Shown piece after piece: positions 20,105 to 31,091 of a DNA stretch of 64,000 bases. Each line of letters begins with the position of its first letter. The first letter of the stretch is position 1. Position numbers and translations under genes: made by a program. Origin of the DNA: Verrucomicrobiota bacterium (GTDB taxonomy: Bacteria; Verrucomicrobiota; Verrucomicrobiia; Limisphaerales; AAA164-E04); contig CP170459.1 of NCBI GenBank assembly GCA_047947115.1, positions 3,360,001 through 3,424,000 of the forward strand, in the 5' to 3' direction. The notes under the pieces were generated by a model. The model did not search any database. It worked only from the letters and a program-made list of their open reading frames with translations, and was not told the origin of the DNA.

Positions 20105-21421
20105 ATGATACCGCGTTATTCACGCCCCGCCATGCGGGAAATTTGGACCGAACAGCGAAAACTGGAAATCTGGTTGAATGTCGAACTGCTGGCCACCGAA
20201 GCTTTGGTGGACCAGGGAATCGTGCCTGCGCGCGATTTTCAGAAAATGAAGAAAGGGGCTGCTTTCAGCATTGATCGATGCAAGGAGCTGGAGAAAACCC
20301 TCAACCACGACGTCATCGCCTTCACCACCAACGTCGCTGAAAATATCAACGACAAGGCCTCGCGCTGGTTGCACTACGGATTGACCAGCAGCGATTTGAT
20401 CGATACGGCTTTTGCTGTGCAGATGGTTGAATCCGTTGACATCCTGATCAAGGATGTGGTGGATCTGAGGAAAGTGATTGGCCGGAAAGCCAAGAAACAC
20501 ATGTTCACCCCCATGATCGGGCGCAGTCACGGTATCCATGCCGAACCCACCACGTTTGGTTTGAAAATGGCGCTGATGTTCGATGAATTTGGTCGGGCCG
20601 AACGTCGATTGAAAGATGTGCGCAAGCATGTCGCTTTTGGAAAATTATCTGGTGCCGTGGGAACCAACGCACACCTCTCACCCAAGGTTGAAAACTTTGT
20701 ATGCCGTAAGCTTGGGTTGAAGCCAGCGCCGATTGCCACTCAGGTCATTCAGCGCGATATCCACGCCGAATTCATTTCCACCATCGCCCTGGTGGGTGCC
20801 AGCATCGAGCGATGGGCCACCGAGTTTCGTCATCTCCAGCGCACCGAAGTTCTGGAAGCCGAAGAATTTTTCGCCAAAGGCCAGAAGGGTTCCAGTGCCA
20901 TGCCCCACAAGCGGAACCCGATCACCGGCGAACGGCTCACCGGCCTGGCCCGGGTGCTTCGCGGCAATGCCGTGGCCGCATTGGAAAATGTCGCCCTCTG
21001 GCACGAACGTGATATCAGCCACAGTTCGGTGGAACGAGTGATCTTCCCTGACTCATGCGTGTTGTTGGATTACATGCTTTACAAGTTGACCGACCTGACC
21101 GACGGATTGATTGTCTATCCCGAGAACATGGACAGGAATATGAAGCTGTCCCTGGGGATGTGGAATTCTCAAACGGTGTTGCTCGCCCTGATTCAAAAGG
21201 GGTTGACGCGTGAAGATGCCTATTCCCTGGTGCAACGTAACGCCATGTTGACCTGGAAGAGCAAACACGCGGGCGATGTGGACGCCGATTTCAAGAAGCA
21301 ATTAATGTCCGATCCGGATGTGGCAAAACACTTCAAGGCCGGTGAATTGGACAAGCTTTGTTCCACCGATTTCCATTACAAGCAGATCAAGTCCCGCTTC
21401 AAGAAATTGGGGATCAAGTAA
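20105..21421 (+). CDS. purB: Adenylosuccinate lyase
   Basis: MIPRYSRP, HDVIAF, HYGLTSSD, GRSHGIHAEPTTFG, GSSAMPHKRNP. Confidence 0.97.
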   Translation: MIPRYSRPAMREIWTEQRKLEIWLNVELLATEALVDQGIVPARDFQKMKKGAAFSIDRCKELEKTLNHDVIAFTTNVAENINDKASRWLHYGLTSSDLIDTAFAVQMVESVDILIKDVVDLRKVIGRKAKKHMFTPMIGRSHGIHAEPTTFGLKMALMFDEFGRAERRLKDVRKHVAFGKLSGAVGTNAHLSPKVENFVCRKLGLKPAPIATQVIQRDIHAEFISTIALVGASIERWATEFRHLQRTEVLEAEEFFAKGQKGSSAMPHKRNPITGERLTGLARVLRGNAVAALENVALWHERDISHSSVERVIFPDSCVLLDYMLYKLTDLTDGLIVYPENMDRNMKLSLGMWNSQTVLLALIQKGLTREDAYSLVQRNAMLTWKSKHAGDVDADFKKQLMSDPDVAKHFKAGELDKLCSTDFHYKQIKSRFKKLGIK

Positions 21422-21458
21422 TCCCCATACATCTCATGAGGCGCTATTCTTTTTTCGC

Positions 21459-22241
21459 ATGGATCTGAACGGAAAAACCATCCTGGTCGTCGGCGGGACC
21501 AGTGGACTGGGTGAGTCCGCGGCCAGGATGTTCTTGAAATGCGGAGCCAGAGTGGTCGTTACGGGTCGAAACGAAGACAAACTGCAAGCGGCAACATCCT
21601 GGTTGGGGGATGATGGGATGGCGCTTTCATGTGATGCCTCCAGTTCGAAGGAAACCCATGAAGTTTTTCGTAAATTGAAGGAAGCCTTCGGTGATTTGCA
21701 TGGAGTTTACCACGTGGCAGGCGGGAGTGGACGTCGTTTTGGGGATGGTCCGTTGCATGAAATCACCGATGAAGGTTGGGATTTAACCATGAAATTAAAT
21801 CTGGATTCGGTCTTTTACTCCAACCGGGCGGCCATCCGAATTTTTCTGGAGCAGGGCAAGGGGGGCGCCATTGTCAATTGTGGGTCGGTCCTTGGTTTTT
21901 CTCCATCCCCTCGTTTTTTTACCACGCATGCCTATGCCGCCGCAAAATCCGCGATGATCGGCATGACCAAGTCTGCCGCCGCTCATTATGCTGGCAACGG
22001 CATCCGTATCAACCTGCTTTGCCCCGGCCTGGTGGCAACCCCCATGTCCGAACGTGCCCAAACCAATCAACCTATCATGGACTTTATCCGTACAAAGCAA
22101 CCATTGGACGGCGGACGCATCGGTATGCCCGAGGACTTGGACGGAGCGGCTGCCTTCTTGTTGTCCGATGCGGCTTGTTTTGTGACAGGACAGGTTCTGT
22201 CCGTGGACGGAGGCTGGAGCGTCAGCGAAGGTAAGACATGA
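21459..22241 (+). CDS. Short-chain dehydrogenase/reductase (SDR)
   Basis: GGTSGLG, catalytic YAAAK, PGLVATPM, TGQVLSVDGG. Confidence 0.9.
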   Translation: MDLNGKTILVVGGTSGLGESAARMFLKCGARVVVTGRNEDKLQAATSWLGDDGMALSCDASSSKETHEVFRKLKEAFGDLHGVYHVAGGSGRRFGDGPLHEITDEGWDLTMKLNLDSVFYSNRAAIRIFLEQGKGGAIVNCGSVLGFSPSPRFFTTHAYAAAKSAMIGMTKSAAAHYAGNGIRINLLCPGLVATPMSERAQTNQPIMDFIRTKQPLDGGRIGMPEDLDGAAAFLLSDAACFVTGQVLSVDGGWSVSEGKT

Positions 22242-22384
22242 AAGAACCATAGTGAATTTGAATAAGGGATCGGGCTGTTCAGTAAAAAAATGCCACCCCG
22301 GCATCGCCCATCCGCCACTCTGAATTCATTATGTCAACTCACGTTTTTTGCCAACGGAGGAGGGTAGCCCATGAAGGAGTCATT

Positions 22385-25300
22385 ATGAGACATTTTTCTA
22401 TCATCAATATTTGTGCAATCCTTCTGTTGTTTGAGGGCTGGGGTGTGCTTGCGGATACCGAGGTGCCTGTCGTCAGCTCGGTCGATCCACAACCGGGTTT
22501 GGTGGAGAAGTTCGATGAAGTGACTATTCGGTTTTCGGAGCCGGTCCGTGGAGTGGATCGGGGGGATCTTGTCTTGAATGGCAATTCTGCCGTTCGAATG
22601 TCGGGTAGTGGGGATACTTATCGTTTTACCTTTGCAGGCACCCAGGCACGTGAACTCACACTTCGTTGGCAGCAGGATCCGGGCATCGAAGATCTGGCAT
22701 CGCCACCCAATGTGTTCGACTGGCAGGCGGCTTCAGAAATCAGAGTGTATCAATTACTGGATCAGAATGCCCCTTATGTCACTCAGATCTTTCCGCGTCC
22801 TGGTCAGCGGCTTTCTTCATTTTCCAAGGTGGAAGTGTTTTTTTTGGAGCCCGTTTTTGGGTTGGATGCCCTGGATTTGTTGGTCAATGGCGCGCCTGCT
22901 GAATCACTGAGTGGAGCAGGGGCGGGTCCTTATGTGTTCGAGTTTCCCGCTCAATCAAATGGTGGGCTGCGCCTGACTTGGCGTGAGGATCATGGAGTGG
23001 AGGATGACGCCCCTGAACCGAATGCTTTTCAACCTGGAGAGTGGCGTTATGAAGTTGATCCCAATGTACGCTATAAGGGGGTCGAAATCACCGAGATGCT
23101 GGCGGGAAATCAGAGTGGATTGATGGATGATGATCGGGATCACGTGGATTGGATTGAGTTGCACAACACAACCGATACTAAAGTGGACTTGACGGGGTGG
23201 TCCTTATCGGACGATCCGGATCAGCCGGGGAAGTGGGTGTTTGATGGATTACTCATCGGACCGGACGATTATTTGATTGTGTTCGCTTCTTCCAAGGATC
23301 GTCCCAACAGGCGGACAGGATTCTCCCCACATACGAATTTCAGTTTGAGTCGAGCTGGTGAGTTTCTTGGTTTGTATAGTCCGGAAATGCCTCGCCGGCT
23401 GGTGAGTGATTTGGGAGATCGCTATCCGGTCCAGCGCAATGATCATTCCTACGGTCGGCTGGACGACGGCACGTTTGCTTATTTTTCTTCGCCGACTCCG
23501 GGACGAGATAACGAGGGACCCTCGATAACGGAAATTTTACCGGAACCGCATTTCAGCGCATCAAGAGGCTATTACGATCGTGCTTTTCAGCTTGTTTTGT
23601 CCACTCCCGTGGATGGGGCGGTGGTCCGTTTTACGTTGGACCAGTCGGAACCCACAATGGAAAATGGTGTTACCTACGAGTCTCCCATTGAACTCAGTCG
23701 TACCTCCACCGTACGTGCGGCGGTTTTCAAAACAGGACTCCTTCCCTCCAAAACAGAAACGCATACTTATCTCTTCAGGATGAGCCGATCCAGGCGTGCA
23801 TTTCCGGTTCTTTCACTGGTTACCGATGAGGAGCATTTGTGGGGACGGCAGGGGATCATGGAAACAAGACCCCGCAATACCACCAAGCGTGGGCGGTCCT
23901 GGGAACGGCCGGTGTCAGTCGAGTATTTTCTACCGGATGGTTCCACCGGGTTTCAGATCGATGCTGGTCTGCGTATCCAGGGAGGGAATTATGTAAGGGA
24001 ACGGTATGATCCAAATGGGGGACTGCCTTTTCGAAAGTATTCTTTCCGATTGTATTTCCGAGGCGATTACGGAGAGTCGACGTTGAACTACCCGCTGATA
24101 CCCCGTTCACCCGCTCATTCGTACAAGCAAATTGTTTTGCGCGCGGGAATGAATGATCATTCCAATCCGTTTGTGGTGGATGAATTGGTGCGGCGACTTT
24201 CGGCAGATATGGGGCAGGTTTCCAGTCAGGGCACGTTGGTTCACCTCTACATCAACGGAGTTTACAAGGGATATTACAATCCGACCGAACGCATAGACGA
24301 AGACTTTCTCGACACCTGGCAAGGGGGCAACGGTGAATATGATATCATCGCGCAGTTCGGTGAGGTCAGGTCCGGGGATACGTTGGAATGGAATCGACTC
24401 AAGACGGCGATGAACCGTGATTTGTCTGTGGCTTCCAATTACCGGACAGCGGGCCAGTTGCTGGATATCGACAGTTTTATCGATTATTTGATCCTCAATA
24501 TCTATACCGGGACCCGCGATTGGCCCCATAACAACTGGCGTGCCGCCAGGGAACGAGTCGATGGAGCCCGTTGGCGGTTTTATGTTTGGGATGCAGAGTG
24601 GTCCTTTTTTAATGCCGGTGGAGATGTTCGCCATAATACGCTGACGACGGAACTGGTGGTTGAGCAGGACATCGCACGCTTCTACCAGTCACTTGCAAAG
24701 AACAGCGATTTTCGAGTGCGTTTTGCAGACCGCGTCCATCAACATTTTTTCGGCAATGGAGCGCTGACCGATGAACATATACTCAAGCGTTACGAGGAAT
24801 TAAGGGATGGTATCGCAGGGGTGGTCAGGATCACTGACACGATCGCAACCAGTTGGATTCCTCAACGCCGTAACATTGTTCTGGAGCAGCTTGCCGAGCA
24901 GGGTTTGTTCCTTGCTGACAATGTGCCGCAATTTTCAGCGCCGCCAGGTGGTGTGCGTGATGGACAGGTCAGTTTATCTGCTGATGGCGAGCAGATTTAT
25001 TACACACTCGACGGCTCTGATCCTTTTCTGCCCGAAAGTTCGTCTGGAAATCATCTGCCATTGGTGACCGGGCGAGCGACCAAATATGTGCATGTGCCGA
25101 TTGATGGAACCATCCGAAGTTCCTGGCGGTCGAATGTTACCGATTTTGACGATTCGGACTGGCTGCGGGGACGGGGCGGAGTGGGATTTGATCGGGCGCA
25201 GACTTACGATGCTCATATCAGAATCGATGTGGGGGATGAGATGATTGGGAAAAGTACGTCCGTCTACGTCCGCATTCCTTTCAATGTTCGGATGCGGGAC

Positions 25301-28156
25301 ATTGAACATCTGAATGTCATGAATTTGCTCATGAAATATGACGACGGATTTACAGCGTTTTTGAACGGTCGACGCATTGCGGACGCCAACGCTCCAACTT
25401 CGCTTCGCTGGAATTCAGTCGCAAATTCTGAACATGCCGATTCTGAGGCGATTGAATATCAAGTGTTCAATGTGACGAGTCAGATGAATCTGCTTCGTGA
25501 CGGTGCCAATTTATTGGCCATCCACGGAGTGAATGTCAGTCTGCGCAGTTCGGACTTTCTGATCGACGCTTTGCTGGAAGCTGGAATATTGGAGTCAGGA
25601 AAACCGTCGCCGGAAGCGTTGGTGTATCGTTCGCCGATTGTTGTGGATGGTCTTGTTGACATTAAGGCCCGCAGCCTGACGAATGGAAAATGGAGCGCCT
25701 TGAGCCATGGGGTTTTCTATCCCGGTAATTTGACCCCGTTGATCAAGTGGACCGAGGTAATGTATCATCCCCCGGGAGGTGATGCCTTCGAGTTTGTCGA
25801 GTTAACGAATTTCAGTCCGGTGGCCTACGATTTATCCGGTCACCATTTAAGGGGAGTGTCCTATGATTTTGTTCCCGGCACCCGGCTGGATCCAGGCGCT
25901 TCGATGGTGCTGGCTTCCAATGAAAACCCCGTTGCTTTTCAATCGAGATATCCCGAAGTCAGTGTCGGGGGGCACTTTGGCGGTAATTTGTCGAACAGCG
26001 GGGAATGGCTTTCGCTCGAGGATGGCTCTGGTAATTTTGTTACCGGCGTGCGGTATGATGACAAGGGGGTATGGTCCAAAGAGGCTGATGGGAAAGGATA
26101 CAGTCTGGTATTGAGGCATGCATCGGGTGATCCCTCCGTTCCGGCCGATTGGAGTCGATCCAGCATCCCGGGCGGCAGTCCCTCAGTATTCCAATCAGGA
26201 GTTCAGATGGAGGGTGTGGCGCTGAGTGAGATAGTCGCTGCGATGGGCGAACCGACAACAGTCGATCAACCGGAGGGAGATTGGATCGAACTGGAAAATC
26301 GGGGGACGACTCCAGTTGATTTGATCGGGTATCGAATGATCGATGAAACCGGTCGATCCGAATATGTGTTCGAAAACGATCGCATCCTGCGTCCCGGAGA
26401 GCGTCTGCTGATTTCTCAACAGATTCCGGATGGGGGTGGAACCGGTTTTCCTTTTGGACTAGATCGGGATGGGGATTCAGTGGTGTTGTTGAATGATTTC
26501 GGAGAGGTGGTCGATTCCGTGTCATTCGGCCGCCAGGTGCCTGGGTTTTCATTGATTCAAGGCAAAGCGGGCCAGTGGTTGCTTGGTGTGCCCACACCCG
26601 GCGCTTCCAATTTGCCGGCATCGACCGCACCTCTCTCGGCTCTGCGGATCAATGAGTTGATGGCAGCACCTTTGGCGGGGCAGGGTGATTGGGTGGAATT
26701 GTTCAATTCACATGGGGAACTTCCGGTGGATCTAAGCGGATTGCATTTTCGATTCAATGATCACACGGTAAGCAATACCCCCAATGCGTTCGTTGAACCG
26801 CATGGCCATATACTTTACGAGTCTTCCTCGTCCAGCTTGCAGGGCACCCTTCGCTTTAAACTTCCTTCGCAGGGGGGAACATTAGCTTTGTTGGATGACC
26901 AGGGAGTATCGGTGGATCAAGTTGAGTATCGGGAGCACCAGGAAGGGGAATGGTTTGGGCGTTTTCCTGATGGAAATGGCAGGTTCAGAAGTTTGTCGGG
27001 CATACCAAGTCCCGGCGCGCCGAATGCCAGAGAATTGCCATCGAGTCTGGTGATCAACGAACTGATGGCCAGGAACCGGTCCATTCCGTATGAGGGGATG
27101 AAAGGAACTCCTGATTGGATCGAGTTAAAGAATGTGACCGGCGATTTGCTTCCATTGGGTGGGATGAAGTTGCGTTTAAATGGGAGTGACGTGTGGGTTT
27201 TTCCCGATGGTTACCATCTGGAAGCGGGGGAATACCTGGTGGTATGGGGCGGTAGCTCCGAATGGGGGAATGACGTCGGGCCTGGTAAGTTTTACATGGA
27301 GACTTCTCTTGAAGGATCCGGGGGGCTTCTTGAGCTGCTGAATACACAGGGGCAGGTGATGGATCGGATCCAATATGGTATTCAGATTGCAGATCAATCG
27401 ATCGGACGTGGAGGGGATCAATGGGAACTGCTTTCCCTTCCCACCCCAGGGCAAGCCAATGAAGTTCCATCGATTTTGGGAGATGTGAATCAACTTCGTT
27501 TCAATGAATGGATGGCAGGTGGCGAGGGGGATGATTGGCTGGAACTATACAATATCGGGGATGCGCCGATTGCTCTTGGAGGGGTGTTCTTAACGGATGA
27601 TCCTTCGTTGAATGGAACAACCAAACATGCCATGGCAGCCTTGAGCTTTATAGCGCCTCATGGACATGTGGCGCTATGGGCGGACAATAACCCGGGTAAA
27701 GGGCCGGATCATTTGAATTTCAGCCTCTCCAATCAGGGAGAAACTTTGAGGATGTATGCTTCCAATTTTACAATGATTGATGAAGTGCTGGTGACCGGAA
27801 ATCTTTTTCAACCCGGGTCCAACGGTCGCCTGCCGGACGGATCGGATTTCTTTACTTTTTTTACGACGGATGAAGCCACTCGAGGGTTGCCAAACAGAAG
27901 CGGAGCGACCGGTCACATAGTTCAACATCTCATCCGATCCATTTCCCTTTCGGAGGATGGCCTCATTCTGGAGGTAGCCACCGAAAAGGGTCAGAAGTAC
28001 CGCCTGCAAGCCATCGATGACCTGTCATCCGATCATTGGATCGATCGACAATTTTTTGATGGAACGGGCGAACTGGTTCGCCTGGTGGATGAGTTCTCGT
28101 TGGGGAAAACCCGGTTTTTCAGGGTGCTTGTGGCTGGGCAATCGTCGTTTCCTTGA
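22385..28156 (+). CDS. Large secreted CotH-kinase protein with Ig-like repeats, about 6 lamin-tail domains, chitobiase/FN3-like domains and a C-terminal beta module
   Basis: SD AAGGAG and signal peptide; LTD starts (EITEMLA, KWTEVMY, ALSEIVA, RINELMA, VINELMA, RFNEWMA) with D/E-W/F-x-EL-x-N; CotH core YNPTER, DWPHNNW, WDAEWSF. Confidence 0.85.
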   Translation: MRHFSIINICAILLLFEGWGVLADTEVPVVSSVDPQPGLVEKFDEVTIRFSEPVRGVDRGDLVLNGNSAVRMSGSGDTYRFTFAGTQARELTLRWQQDPGIEDLASPPNVFDWQAASEIRVYQLLDQNAPYVTQIFPRPGQRLSSFSKVEVFFLEPVFGLDALDLLVNGAPAESLSGAGAGPYVFEFPAQSNGGLRLTWREDHGVEDDAPEPNAFQPGEWRYEVDPNVRYKGVEITEMLAGNQSGLMDDDRDHVDWIELHNTTDTKVDLTGWSLSDDPDQPGKWVFDGLLIGPDDYLIVFASSKDRPNRRTGFSPHTNFSLSRAGEFLGLYSPEMPRRLVSDLGDRYPVQRNDHSYGRLDDGTFAYFSSPTPGRDNEGPSITEILPEPHFSASRGYYDRAFQLVLSTPVDGAVVRFTLDQSEPTMENGVTYESPIELSRTSTVRAAVFKTGLLPSKTETHTYLFRMSRSRRAFPVLSLVTDEEHLWGRQGIMETRPRNTTKRGRSWERPVSVEYFLPDGSTGFQIDAGLRIQGGNYVRERYDPNGGLPFRKYSFRLYFRGDYGESTLNYPLIPRSPAHSYKQIVLRAGMNDHSNPFVVDELVRRLSADMGQVSSQGTLVHLYINGVYKGYYNPTERIDEDFLDTWQGGNGEYDIIAQFGEVRSGDTLEWNRLKTAMNRDLSVASNYRTAGQLLDIDSFIDYLILNIYTGTRDWPHNNWRAARERVDGARWRFYVWDAEWSFFNAGGDVRHNTLTTELVVEQDIARFYQSLAKNSDFRVRFADRVHQHFFGNGALTDEHILKRYEELRDGIAGVVRITDTIATSWIPQRRNIVLEQLAEQGLFLADNVPQFSAPPGGVRDGQVSLSADGEQIYYTLDGSDPFLPESSSGNHLPLVTGRATKYVHVPIDGTIRSSWRSNVTDFDDSDWLRGRGGVGFDRAQTYDAHIRIDVGDEMIGKSTSVYVRIPFNVRMRDIEHLNVMNLLMKYDDGFTAFLNGRRIADANAPTSLRWNSVANSEHADSEAIEYQVFNVTSQMNLLRDGANLLAIHGVNVSLRSSDFLIDALLEAGILESGKPSPEALVYRSPIVVDGLVDIKARSLTNGKWSALSHGVFYPGNLTPLIKWTEVMYHPPGGDAFEFVELTNFSPVAYDLSGHHLRGVSYDFVPGTRLDPGASMVLASNENPVAFQSRYPEVSVGGHFGGNLSNSGEWLSLEDGSGNFVTGVRYDDKGVWSKEADGKGYSLVLRHASGDPSVPADWSRSSIPGGSPSVFQSGVQMEGVALSEIVAAMGEPTTVDQPEGDWIELENRGTTPVDLIGYRMIDETGRSEYVFENDRILRPGERLLISQQIPDGGGTGFPFGLDRDGDSVVLLNDFGEVVDSVSFGRQVPGFSLIQGKAGQWLLGVPTPGASNLPASTAPLSALRINELMAAPLAGQGDWVELFNSHGELPVDLSGLHFRFNDHTVSNTPNAFVEPHGHILYESSSSSLQGTLRFKLPSQGGTLALLDDQGVSVDQVEYREHQEGEWFGRFPDGNGRFRSLSGIPSPGAPNARELPSSLVINELMARNRSIPYEGMKGTPDWIELKNVTGDLLPLGGMKLRLNGSDVWVFPDGYHLEAGEYLVVWGGSSEWGNDVGPGKFYMETSLEGSGGLLELLNTQGQVMDRIQYGIQIADQSIGRGGDQWELLSLPTPGQANEVPSILGDVNQLRFNEWMAGGEGDDWLELYNIGDAPIALGGVFLTDDPSLNGTTKHAMAALSFIAPHGHVALWADNNPGKGPDHLNFSLSNQGETLRMYASNFTMIDEVLVTGNLFQPGSNGRLPDGSDFFTFFTTDEATRGLPNRSGATGHIVQHLIRSISLSEDGLILEVATEKGQKYRLQAIDDLSSDHWIDRQFFDGTGELVRLVDEFSLGKTRFFRVLVAGQSSFP

Positions 28157-28199
28157 TGTTTTCCACGGACCTGACGATGCCCCTCCATTTACAACCTGC

Positions 28200-30107
28200 T
28201 TAAGCCTCTTCGATGGCTGCCAGCTCTTCCCAGCGCTTGTATAACCTGGCGACGTTTTGTTTGGCGAGTTCGAGTTTTTTGGTGAGTTCCACCGCTTCGT
28301 TGGCGTGGTCGATGTAGTAAGACGGATCGTTGAGAATGGTTTCCATGGATTCCACTTCGGATTCGGCTTCCAGGATGGCTTCCTCCATGCTGTCCAGTTC
28401 GCGTTTTTCCATATAACTCAAACGCCGTGGTCGGTTCTTTTTCTCGCGTGGGGATGGAGATTCTGCAGGAGTCGAGGAAGGTGGGGTGACGGCCTTTTGT
28501 CGTGCCTCCCTTTCGTGTCTTTTTTCGAGATAGTAAGAGTAGTTTCCCGGTTGAGCAAAAACACCATCCGGTTCAAAGGCGATGATTTGATCACAGATAC
28601 GATCGAGAAAATAGCGGTCATGACTCACCACGATGACACTTCCGTCGAAATCGGCCAATGCCTCTTCGAGCATGCGGAGGCTGGGGAGGTCCAGATCGTT
28701 GGTGGGTTCGTCCAGGATCAGAAAGTTGCCCCCCCGTTTTAACACTTTGGCAAGCATCAACCGGGCGCGTTCTCCTCCCGATAACTGGTTGACGGGTTCG
28801 TTTGCCCGATGTTCCGGAAATTGGAAGCGTCTGAGATAGCCTCTGGCACTGATGCTTCGGTTGCCGAAGGTAACGGATTCATCGCCATCGGCAATCTCCT
28901 CCAGCACGGAACCTTTTCCCACCAATTGCATACGTGATTGGTCGATGTAATTAATTTGAATTTTCTTTCCGATGACCACGTTTCCCTCAGTGGGCGCCAG
29001 TTCCCCCATGCATACTTTCAGAAGAGTCGTCTTGCCGACACCGTTTTTCCCAACAATGCCAATGCATTTGCCGGGTGTGAGCGATAGATCCAAATTCCGG
29101 AACAACCACCTTTCCTGGTCTCCTTCACCGACCTTTACGCCGGCTTGTTCGAGTTCCACCCCAATGTTGCCAATCTCGGGAGGAGGGGGAATGAGGACGT
29201 CCATTTCGCGTTCTTCGGGAGGTGCTTCCAGTCCCTTGACTTCGTAATAGGTATCCAGCCGATGCTTGGCTTTGGTGCGCCGCGCGCGCACGCCCGCCCG
29301 GACCCATTCGAGTTCTTCACGCAGGAAGCGTTGTCGACGGCGCTCGGCTTGATCGGCGATTTGTTGTCGAATGGCTTTGTTTTCAAGGAATGTGGTGTAA
29401 TTGCCCGGATGCGAAAAGGCGCGTCCCTGGTCCAGCTCCACCACGCGCGTTGCGATGGTGTCCAGAAAGTAACGGTCATGCGTGACAAACATCACCGCTC
29501 CCCCGAAATTTTTGAGGTATTCTTCCAGCCAATTAATGGTGGTCGCATCGAGATGGTTGGTGGGTTCATCGAGAAGCAGCAGATCCGGTTGCGCCACCAG
29601 CGCTCTGCACAGCGCGACTCTTCGTTTTTCACCTCCGGACAATCCGGCAACGAGCGTTTTAAAGTCTGGAGCGGACAATGAAGTGGCAATGGATTCGGCG
29701 CGTGTGTTGAGGTTCCAGCCATCCGCCAGTTCAATGCGTTCGAGCCAGTCGGCCTGATCGGATTCCGAACCTTCTCCGGCCTCGTAACGACGCATCCATT
29801 CGCGAACATCCGCCGCACCTGAAAGAATGTTGTCCTCGACGGTTGCTGTCTCGTCCAATTCAAATTCCTGGGGCAGGTAGCCGACACGCAGACCCTTCCG
29901 GCGGGATACGTCTCCATCGTCTGGTTGCGATTGGTTGGCAAGGATTTTGAAAAGGCTTGTCTTGCCGCATCCATTTCTCCCCACCAACCCGACCTTTTCT
30001 CCGGAAGTGATGGCAACTGTCACGCCGTCCAGCAGGCGCAAGTGGTCGTACACCAGGACAAGGTCGTTGGCGGATAACAGCATGGTATTGGTCGGCAATG
30101 TTCCCAT
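28200..30107 (-). CDS. ABC-F family ATPase (Uup/EttA-like)
   Basis: Two ABC cassettes (GRNGCGKT/LSGGEKRR/DEPTNHLD and GKNGVGKT/LSGGERAR/DEPTNDLD), no TM, Uup-type C-terminal coiled coil. Confidence 0.93.
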   Translation of the reverse strand: MGTLPTNTMLLSANDLVLVYDHLRLLDGVTVAITSGEKVGLVGRNGCGKTSLFKILANQSQPDDGDVSRRKGLRVGYLPQEFELDETATVEDNILSGAADVREWMRRYEAGEGSESDQADWLERIELADGWNLNTRAESIATSLSAPDFKTLVAGLSGGEKRRVALCRALVAQPDLLLLDEPTNHLDATTINWLEEYLKNFGGAVMFVTHDRYFLDTIATRVVELDQGRAFSHPGNYTTFLENKAIRQQIADQAERRRQRFLREELEWVRAGVRARRTKAKHRLDTYYEVKGLEAPPEEREMDVLIPPPPEIGNIGVELEQAGVKVGEGDQERWLFRNLDLSLTPGKCIGIVGKNGVGKTTLLKVCMGELAPTEGNVVIGKKIQINYIDQSRMQLVGKGSVLEEIADGDESVTFGNRSISARGYLRRFQFPEHRANEPVNQLSGGERARLMLAKVLKRGGNFLILDEPTNDLDLPSLRMLEEALADFDGSVIVVSHDRYFLDRICDQIIAFEPDGVFAQPGNYSYYLEKRHEREARQKAVTPPSSTPAESPSPREKKNRPRRLSYMEKRELDSMEEAILEAESEVESMETILNDPSYYIDHANEAVELTKKLELAKQNVARLYKRWEELAAIEEA

Positions 30108-30309
30108 ATGGTGCAGCTATCAAATGGAGGTTTTCGTCGGATAACAAGGAATTCTTTTCACACAGACATTTCAACGGCGATGGTCTGGATTTGTCCGGTG
30201 AAAGAGATGCTGTTTGTAGGGCCGGTTTTGGCTTCGCTTTCTGATTTGAATGGGGAACCGGTTGCCTCGAACTGACGCGCCGGAGGTGACACGTGCTGCC
30301 TGCTCGGCG

Positions 30310-31080
30310 TCACCCCTTGGCCGGATCCAGTAGCAACAGCCCTTCCAGCGTGAGGTGGGGGCGAACTTCGGTGATGCAATCCAGTCCGCCGGCTATCAAC
30401 TCGGCGTAACTGCCGGTGGCAATCACTGGGATTTGGGTGGTACCGAGTTCTTGTTGCAATCCTTCGATCAGTTGGCGGATCAATCCCCGGTAACCGTGTA
30501 CCGCTCCTATTTGCATGGCTTGTTCGGTGTTCTTTCCTATGACCGAACCAGGATCCTTGATCTCAATGCGCGGGAGTAATGCGGTTTTTTCGTGCAGATA
30601 ATCCGTCATGACTGATACTCCGGGAGCGATGATGCCTCCCACATAATCGCCGTGAAGGTTCAATACATCGAATGTCACGGCGGTTCCGAAATCGACCACC
30701 ACCGAAGGTGTTCCATAGTGATGCGATGCGGCCATTGCATTGGCAAGCCGGTCCGGTCCGATGCTTTCCGGTTTTGGGTAATCAATGCCGATGCCTGTCA
30801 CGGTTCGGTGATTCAGTTCACAAAAGCCCCGGGGAAGCTCTTGTGATTGCAACCAGGCCCGAACTTTTTCAGACGCTTTCGGGACGACACTGCAGAATGC
30901 CGCCCAGTCGGGCTTGGAGTCAGGGAACCAGATGGATTCGAGCAGATCAAGACGGCCTTGAAGAAGCGGTTGGGTGGGAATCTCATCCAGCTTGCTCCAT
31001 GTGCCGTTTTCATGCCGACCGACATGGATGTGCGTGTTGCCAATGTCGATGACCACTCTGGATTTTTGCGAAATCTCCAT
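30310..31080 (-). CDS. coaX: Type III pantothenate kinase
   Basis: IDIGNT, IGPDR, VVDFGTAVTFD, GGIIAPG, ATG, LTLEGL. Confidence 0.93.
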   Translation of the reverse strand: MEISQKSRVVIDIGNTHIHVGRHENGTWSKLDEIPTQPLLQGRLDLLESIWFPDSKPDWAAFCSVVPKASEKVRAWLQSQELPRGFCELNHRTVTGIGIDYPKPESIGPDRLANAMAASHHYGTPSVVVDFGTAVTFDVLNLHGDYVGGIIAPGVSVMTDYLHEKTALLPRIEIKDPGSVIGKNTEQAMQIGAVHGYRGLIRQLIEGLQQELGTTQIPVIATGSYAELIAGGLDCITEVRPHLTLEGLLLLDPAKG

Positions 31081-31091
31081 GTTTCGGCGTT

